This document shows, in pieces, positions 7,353 through 13,003 of a stretch of 13,003 bases of DNA (position 1 is the stretch's first letter; each line of letters starts with the position of its first letter). The stretch is taken from contig JBLFWS010000096.1 in NCBI GenBank assembly GCA_047611865.1, forward strand, positions 1 to 13,003, in the 5' to 3' direction. The notes beneath the pieces are model-generated. The model ran no database searches. It had not been told where the DNA came from and worked only from the letters and a program-made list of their open reading frames with translations. The DNA is from Chlamydiales bacterium (GTDB taxonomy: Bacteria; Chlamydiota; Chlamydiia; Chlamydiales; JBDQID01). A program made the translations under genes and the position numbers.

Positions 7353-8687
7353 TTACTCCATCCCTTTACGTCCTAATCCCCTATAAAGATAGCCCCATTT
7401 CGCCATATCGTCCTCTCTAAGAATATTTCTGGCATCGATAAGCACAGGAGATCTCATCAACTTTTTGACCCTTATCTCGTAATCCATCTCCTTGAATTCC
7501 TCCCACTCTGTCAAGATCAGGATAGCATCGGATCCGTTTACCGCGTCGTAAGCTCCGTCGCAAAAAGTCACCCCTATGAGATCTCCCAAAGCACTCTTTG
7601 CCTTCTTTCCCGCATGGGGATCATAGACTTGTAAAAGCACTCCTTCCTCTGATAGCTCACGAACAATCTCCAAAGCAGAAGAGTTCCTCACATCATCAGA
7701 GTTAGCTTTAAAGGCAAGGCCCAGCACTCCCAGACATTTCCCGGACAGACCCCCCTGAAAAACCTCTCTAAGCTTTTCTACAATCACTCTTCTTTGCATA
7801 GCATTGACTCTCTCAGATGCCTCCACCAACTGTAAAACAGAACCTACAGACCTTGCCTGTGCAAGCAGGGCTGTAGCATCCTTAGGCAAGCACGGTCCCC
7901 CATATCCCGGACCGGGCGTAAAGCCCTGCAAGTTGATCCTACTGTCCATACTCATCCCCTGGATAAGAATATCGATGTCTACTCCCAATTTTTCACAAAG
8001 CCCTGCCATCTCATTAACAAAAGAAATCTTCACCCCAAGAAAAGCATTGGAAGCATATTTGATCAACTCCGCGGTCTCAAATGAAGAAAATAGTACAGCT
8101 ACCCCTTGTTCCTGAAAGTCCTGAAAAAGCACTTCCATCACTTCCCTACTTTCTGCCGACTCACAGCCTACAATGATTCTATCTGGAAGGAAAAACCCTT
8201 TTACCCCCTCACCCTCTTTAGAAAATTCTGGATTCGATACGACATCAAAATCTTGAGACTTCCTTAGCCCCATTCCCTCTAGAATATCAGAAAGCTTCCT
8301 GCATGTTCCAACCGGCACTGTGCTTTTGATAACGACTAAATAATATTTCCCTTTCTCAAAAGACCTTGCCAAATCCTCCGTAACACGAAATACCCCCGAT
8401 GGGTCCGCTCCGCCCCCTTCGAGTGAAGGTGTATTGACACATATAAAAAAAACCTTGGACTTCTCCACCGCTTTCTTTAAATTTGTTGTGAAGTCAATAT
8501 TGCCTTTCTCTAGATTATCTCGATGAATTTCCAGCAATTGGGGCTCATAAATGGATAGTTCTCCTTCTTTCAAGGAAGAAATTTTATCGGCGTCTTTGTC
8601 AACAGCTATTACGTTTTTTCCAAGGGATGCCAGCCCATTGGCCAATACCAAACCCACATACCCACAACCCACAACAGAAACATTCAT
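7353..8687 (-). CDS. ugd: UDP-glucose/GDP-mannose 6-dehydrogenase family (UDP-glucose 6-dehydrogenase-like)
   Basis: MNVSVVGCGYVGL Rossmann motif, IYEP, CVNTP, KSTVPVGT, SNPEF.KEG, KYASNAFL, GPGYGGPCLPKD (catalytic Cys), GLAFKANSDDVR and DARN. ATG 8687 has GAAGGA upstream. Confidence 0.95.
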   Translation of the reverse strand: MNVSVVGCGYVGLVLANGLASLGKNVIAVDKDADKISSLKEGELSIYEPQLLEIHRDNLEKGNIDFTTNLKKAVEKSKVFFICVNTPSLEGGGADPSGVFRVTEDLARSFEKGKYYLVVIKSTVPVGTCRKLSDILEGMGLRKSQDFDVVSNPEFSKEGEGVKGFFLPDRIIVGCESAESREVMEVLFQDFQEQGVAVLFSSFETAELIKYASNAFLGVKISFVNEMAGLCEKLGVDIDILIQGMSMDSRINLQGFTPGPGYGGPCLPKDATALLAQARSVGSVLQLVEASERVNAMQRRVIVEKLREVFQGGLSGKCLGVLGLAFKANSDDVRNSSALEIVRELSEEGVLLQVYDPHAGKKAKSALGDLIGVTFCDGAYDAVNGSDAILILTEWEEFKEMDYEIRVKKLMRSPVLIDARNILREDDMAKWGYLYRGLGRKGME

Positions 8688-8783
8688 ATGGCTTCCTTCA
8701 TATCGCTTAAAACAAAAGACTCTGGACAAAACCTCATTATAGCAAGTATGGTCAAAAATAAATATTTTTATATAAGCCTACTG

Positions 8784-10400
8784 ATGAATACCACTGAAGA
8801 TCATAAAAACCATATTGGGACAGACTGCAGCACCTTTTTCCAGAGGCTACGCAAGGAAAAAGAGATTCGCTTTATCATGGACCACTCAAATAACTACGGA
8901 AATCAAGCTTCCTGCATCCATATAATAAAACGAATTATCTCCTTGATTGACAGCGAAATAGCCGTCAATCTTGTATACACCGGTGGTGAAAAAACGGTAG
9001 AAAAACTAAAACTCTTTCTAAAGGGTTTTTCTTCGCCCTCCGAAACTCTGAGAATAGGCAAATCCACCGTTCACTTCCTCGAATGGAAGGAAGGAAAAGA
9101 TGAGCTCTTTGAAGAAGAATGTCTCTATGGTTTTACTGGAGGTTTCGACTCGTCCAGACAAGATCTGACAAAAGTCCTAAACGTACGCTATTTTCTTCAT
9201 TTGTCTTTACAAGGGTGGCTTGTCCAGGAAAAAATCGACATCAAAGACGGTGAGACTTGCTTTCTCAGCGGGGAAAATGGTATCGACCCCCACCTTATTG
9301 ATCGCGCCTACTATTATGAGAATCCCGAAATCACAGACGATAAATGGATGTGCTACAAAGAACACGGGACAGAAACAGAAAAACAAAGGGTAAGCCAGAC
9401 CCAGTGCCTACTAGACTTCCTTAAAAAAGAAAAATGGGAACTCTGTCCCTCTTTTAGCATTCGCTTAAGAGGAGGGCAAATCAGCATTGAGCCAGAAGAG
9501 ATTCTCACCAACCTCATTGCCAGTGTCCTACACGCTCAAGAAACGAAAGATAAGCCCCTTAATAAAACTGTTATTCTACTTCTCGAACATGAACGCAATA
9601 TGTCCAAGGACTGCCTGAATAAAGTGCAGGAATTCGTAGCAGGGATCCCTTGTATGGAATCCTTTTTCCAGATTATCGAAAGGCAAATGCTGCATGCAAT
9701 CAAAGGCAAATCAAATCCTTCGGGTAATGAAGCCCTGCTTGTAAACGATTTAAAAAGGAGGGTGAAAAGAGTACAGAGCTTCTACAAAAAGCTCCCCGCC
9801 ATCTCGGCCTATCTGGAAACCCTTAGTGACGGGGGAAAACGAGTCCACTATTTGTCTGGTGAAGATATACGCCACAACGAAAACTTAAGAAAAGAACTCC
9901 GTAAGTTCCAAGAAGATCCTCATGCAAGGGTACTACTTTTTTCCCTCTACAACGTACCTCCCGAAATATTTCATTACATATACAGTCAAGCTACTCTCCC
10001 CTCTGTATTCGAAGGTCAGACTACCGCCAGCCAAATTCTCAACATAGGTAAACCTTATTTTCAGTTAAATAGAATGGCTCTCTTTGATGAAGATGAATTA
10101 TTCAAGGCGGTGCGATACCCCACTCAATTTCTACCGGAAAAATACGAGAAAACCGCAAAGGAATGTCGAGAAATCTCCAATCACTTACACAATGCCTTTG
10201 CAGAAGAAGACTACAAAAAAAGTATCCACAAAATCAGTGACTTTACCGTAAAAACTAAAATGCCGAATAGCCACTTTAACGAATACTTTGAGGCTGCAAA
10301 AGGGGTTTATGGAGACCCCCTCAATGATAAGCTTCTCTTGGGATGCATGCACCTGGCAAAAATCTCTGGCCTCACAAATTCAGAGTATAAGGGTTTTTAA
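8784..10400 (+). CDS. Hypothetical protein, possible GT-B-fold glycosyltransferase
   Basis: Long ORF, likely starting at ATG 8784 (alternatives 8748 and 8688). It has an N-terminal strand-loop IRFIMDHSNNYGNQAS and a C-terminal LPSVFEGQTTASQILNIGKPYFQL, resembling the GT-B nucleotide-sugar-binding segment (G..T..E....G.P). The ORF is confident; the function is tentative. Confidence 0.55.
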   Translation: MNTTEDHKNHIGTDCSTFFQRLRKEKEIRFIMDHSNNYGNQASCIHIIKRIISLIDSEIAVNLVYTGGEKTVEKLKLFLKGFSSPSETLRIGKSTVHFLEWKEGKDELFEEECLYGFTGGFDSSRQDLTKVLNVRYFLHLSLQGWLVQEKIDIKDGETCFLSGENGIDPHLIDRAYYYENPEITDDKWMCYKEHGTETEKQRVSQTQCLLDFLKKEKWELCPSFSIRLRGGQISIEPEEILTNLIASVLHAQETKDKPLNKTVILLLEHERNMSKDCLNKVQEFVAGIPCMESFFQIIERQMLHAIKGKSNPSGNEALLVNDLKRRVKRVQSFYKKLPAISAYLETLSDGGKRVHYLSGEDIRHNENLRKELRKFQEDPHARVLLFSLYNVPPEIFHYIYSQATLPSVFEGQTTASQILNIGKPYFQLNRMALFDEDELFKAVRYPTQFLPEKYEKTAKECREISNHLHNAFAEEDYKKSIHKISDFTVKTKMPNSHFNEYFEAAKGVYGDPLNDKLLLGCMHLAKISGLTNSEYKGF

Positions 10401-11762
10401 ATGACATCTGAAAAAAACAAGCGTCTTTTTGAGCTGATAAAGGACAAATTCATCCCCAGCCCCAAAGTAGAAAAATCTTGCTGTCACATCAGAAAAGCCC
10501 TTCTCGAACAATCTTTACTGAATAAACTAAGCTCCGAAAAAGATTACCCCTATCCTATTGAAACAGCCTGTATTATTGCCTCGCACCTCTTTCTAACGGA
10601 ATATGTGTATTACGAAACAAAAAAGGAAAGAGAACAAATCAACGAACTGGAAAAAGTCATCCTGGATTCCCTCACACAAAAACAATGGGATCCCTTGACT
10701 ATCTTTCAAATTGCGGTAATAGCTACATATAAAGAATTGCAGAACTCCACTTTCGCCGAACACATCCCCCTACCCCTTGCTGAAGCACCTCTGGATTTTC
10801 AGGAATTGATACAAAGGCAAATTACCGAACCTACTTTGGAGAAGGCCCTGAAAAAGAAAATCCCTCTCTTAAAAAAAATTGAAAACACTATTTCTCAAAA
10901 ATTCCAAAAACAATATGAGGAAAACCCTTACCACAAATGGATAAGCCTTCCCTCTTTTAAAAAAACACCATTCTCCGACCACATATCTCAATTATTCCCC
11001 TATAAAAAAATTGAAACAAGCTCCGGACCTCTTGATATCTTGATTCCTGGCTGTGGGACAGGGACACAAATCATAGCTATCGCCAATACCTACGAAAACT
11101 GTCGAATACTCGCTTTAGACATTAGCTTAAACGCCCTGGCTTATGCTGCAAGAAAAGTAAAAGAGTATGATCTAAAAAACATCGAAATACTACAAGGGGA
11201 CCTTCTCGATATAGGTTCTTTAGAAAAATCTTTCGATTACATCGAATGCATTGGTGTTATGCATAGCCTCGAAAACCCCCAAAAAGGTCTGGCAGTATTA
11301 GCACAACAACTCAAACCCAAAGGTCTTCTTTACGTAACCCTTTATAGTCAGCACGCTCGACAAGGCGTCATCGCCGCCAAAGATTTCATTAAACAAAATC
11401 ACTTCGCTCCCACTCTGGAAGGAATGAGAGAAGCTCGACAACGCATTCTGTCTCTTGAAGATGGTGATATAATCAAACAAGTCAGTCATTTACCTGACTT
11501 TTATACCACCGGCACTTGCAGGGAGCTCCTCTTCTACGTTCACGAAGAACGAATGACTTTGCCACAAATAGCCAAAATCCCTGAACTACAGGAACTCGAA
11601 TTTATAGGTTTCCCCTCTCTCGACAGAAAAACTGTTGAAGCCTATAAAGCCTCATTTCCGGATGACCCTCTTCTAAATTCATGGGAAAACTGGAAGCAAT
11701 TCGAAGAAAAAAAACCCGGTATTTTTGGCCCTATGTACCATCTCTGCTTCCAGAAAATCTGA
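10401..11762 (+). CDS. Class I SAM-dependent methyltransferase (QYEENPY-type)
   Basis: QYEENPY.KW, ILIPGCGTG (motif I), ALDIS..ALAYA, FDYIECIGVMH, LYS..AR and RELLFYVHE. The ATG directly follows the previous TAA. Confidence 0.88.
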   Translation: MTSEKNKRLFELIKDKFIPSPKVEKSCCHIRKALLEQSLLNKLSSEKDYPYPIETACIIASHLFLTEYVYYETKKEREQINELEKVILDSLTQKQWDPLTIFQIAVIATYKELQNSTFAEHIPLPLAEAPLDFQELIQRQITEPTLEKALKKKIPLLKKIENTISQKFQKQYEENPYHKWISLPSFKKTPFSDHISQLFPYKKIETSSGPLDILIPGCGTGTQIIAIANTYENCRILALDISLNALAYAARKVKEYDLKNIEILQGDLLDIGSLEKSFDYIECIGVMHSLENPQKGLAVLAQQLKPKGLLYVTLYSQHARQGVIAAKDFIKQNHFAPTLEGMREARQRILSLEDGDIIKQVSHLPDFYTTGTCRELLFYVHEERMTLPQIAKIPELQELEFIGFPSLDRKTVEAYKASFPDDPLLNSWENWKQFEEKKPGIFGPMYHLCFQKI

Positions 11763-11809
11763 GTCTCACAAATTTGATACGAGCTTGGGCATATCGCTAA
11801 GACAACTTG

Positions 11810-12445
11810 TCACTGAAATGCAGGCCCCTCTATCCATCCTACAAGAGAATATCGCACACCTTTCGTCACGACCTTTACACGATGGTATTCATACGATGGA
11901 AAGACTATAATATTTCCCCTCTCCCTTCTTTTCTCCTTATCTGGATCTTCTCCCAAAGTATTTCCAAAAAGCTCCAAATCTCCACCCTCATAATCGTCAC
12001 TATGAGATAATTGAATAGAAAAACTGAGCTTGCGCTGAGAAGCTGACGGTCCTAAATCCTGATGCCAATCATAAAAGTCTCCCCTCTCATCGATATACTT
12101 AAAAATTTTTGGGTGATCCTCTACAAGACTCATCCCTGTAATATCAAATTGCCAATTGCGAAGGTTTATTTCTGAAATCATGTGAGAAATAGAAATTAAC
12201 GGAAAATAATTCTCAGCATCTATTGGACAAAACACGGACTGTACTTTTCGATACCAATCATTTTCCCCTGATACGAGCTTCATTTCTTCAACTCGCCAAG
12301 CTGTTTCATCGAGATCTTCCAAAAGAGAATTGCACTGCTCATCATTAAAGATTTTCATGCAAACGTCTGTCCGAGAAAGCTTCATATTTCCCCTCGGACT
12401 AATGGGAAACATAAGCGGTAAGTTTTTCACAGGTAATTTAGACAT
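11810..12445 (-). CDS. 2OG-Fe(II) oxygenase (prolyl 4-hydroxylase/PKHD-type)
   Basis: YDWHQD (HxD), RKLSFSIQLS, YEGGDLE and FPSYEYHRVKVVTKGVRYSLVGW (distal H and 2OG-binding R). GGAG lies upstream on the minus strand. Confidence 0.92.
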   Translation of the reverse strand: MSKLPVKNLPLMFPISPRGNMKLSRTDVCMKIFNDEQCNSLLEDLDETAWRVEEMKLVSGENDWYRKVQSVFCPIDAENYFPLISISHMISEINLRNWQFDITGMSLVEDHPKIFKYIDERGDFYDWHQDLGPSASQRKLSFSIQLSHSDDYEGGDLELFGNTLGEDPDKEKRRERGNIIVFPSYEYHRVKVVTKGVRYSLVGWIEGPAFQ

Positions 12446-12547
12446 CTATTAAACCCACTCCCTCAACTTTCTTTCCTCTGAATTTACATCCACCTCCTTG
12501 AAACTATGATTTTAGAAGATTGTTGTGAATAAAAAAACTATTGACAA

Positions 12548-12901
12548 CAGGGCAATCGCATTACAGGCAATATTTTAAAAGCGTTTTTCGATATTTCTTA
12601 GAAGCTAAATCTTTTAAGCGATAGTATAGTGCTTTAAATTTACATTGTGACAATAGCCGCATCATCTGCCATTATAAATTCTGAGTGAGTGCCGCACCTG
12701 CTGGTGCTCACATTTTTTTCTTACCATTATACCGGGCCTTGCTCGCAAGCTCGCTACGAACCGGTATAGCAAGTAAATTAAAAAATAGAGCTGCGGCAGC
12801 TGCCTCACCACCGAAACACTATTAAATTTGGGATGTTTTTTTGAATCCCGCAGCTTACTGTCGTGAGAAGGTCAAGAAATTATTATAATGCGATTGCCCT
12901 G
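12548..12901. mobile_element. Non-autonomous MITE with ISAs1-type ends (354 bp)
   Basis: Perfect 16-bp terminal inverted repeats CAGGGCAATCGCATTA (12548-12563) and TAATGCGATTGCCCTG (12886-12901), flanked by the exact 10-bp direct repeat CTATTGACAA (12538-12547 and 12902-12911). No transposase ORF inside. Confidence 0.9.
12685..12808. repeat. Long imperfect hairpin inside the MITE
   Basis: Nested complementary pairs GTGAG/CTCAC, TGCCGCA/TGCGGCA, GCTC/GAGC, ATTTTTT/AAAAAAT, TTAC/GTAA and TATACCGG/CCGGTATA surround GCTCGCAAGCTCGC. Confidence 0.7.
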
Positions 12902-13003
12902 CTATTGACAATCCCACCTTCAGAAAAGCCAAAAAATATATTGAAAAATCACAAAAAAACAGACAAAGTACTTATAAGGGACTTATCCAAATAAATTAAA
13001 AAA

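Noticed and set aside
5462..8742. Plus-strand ORFs at 5462, 5977, 6325, 7804 and 8551
   Set aside because: Antisense to the borosin and ugd genes, with no independent evidence.
11298..12010. Short ORFs at 11298, 11725 and 11807
   Set aside because: They overlap the methyltransferase or oxygenase genes and have no motifs.
12541..12546. TTGACA in the target duplication (also 12905-12910) as a -35 promoter box
   Set aside because: No acceptable -10 hexamer at 16-18 bp spacing after either copy.

Overview
A 13 kb bacterial accessory locus dominated by tailoring enzymes. Its centrepiece is a large minus-strand gene (4768-7248) encoding a borosin-type peptide backbone alpha-N-methyltransferase (OphMA/SonM-like, catalytic Y-R-Y residues intact). 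This domain is fused to a clasp/BBD-like helical region and three tandem ~95-aa beta-rich repeats, with no recognisable core peptide. Around it are an EgtC-like class II glutamine amidotransferase (Ntn hydrolase), two paralogous DUF6445-like 2OG-Fe(II) oxygenases (one with an intact metal triad, one that has lost it), UDP-glucose 6-dehydrogenase, a divergent GT-B glycosyltransferase-like protein, a class I SAM methyltransferase and a third 2OG-Fe(II) oxygenase. Together these form a plausible undescribed borosin/RiPP or protein-modification cluster (inference). At the left, an ISNCY-like IS has inserted into a GxxExxY gene, followed by a (CCTCT)9 repeat and an orphan gene. At the right is a 354-bp ISAs1-type MITE with perfect 16-bp inverted repeats, a 10-bp target duplication and an internal long hairpin. 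All family calls come from motif recognition by eye; no searches were run.
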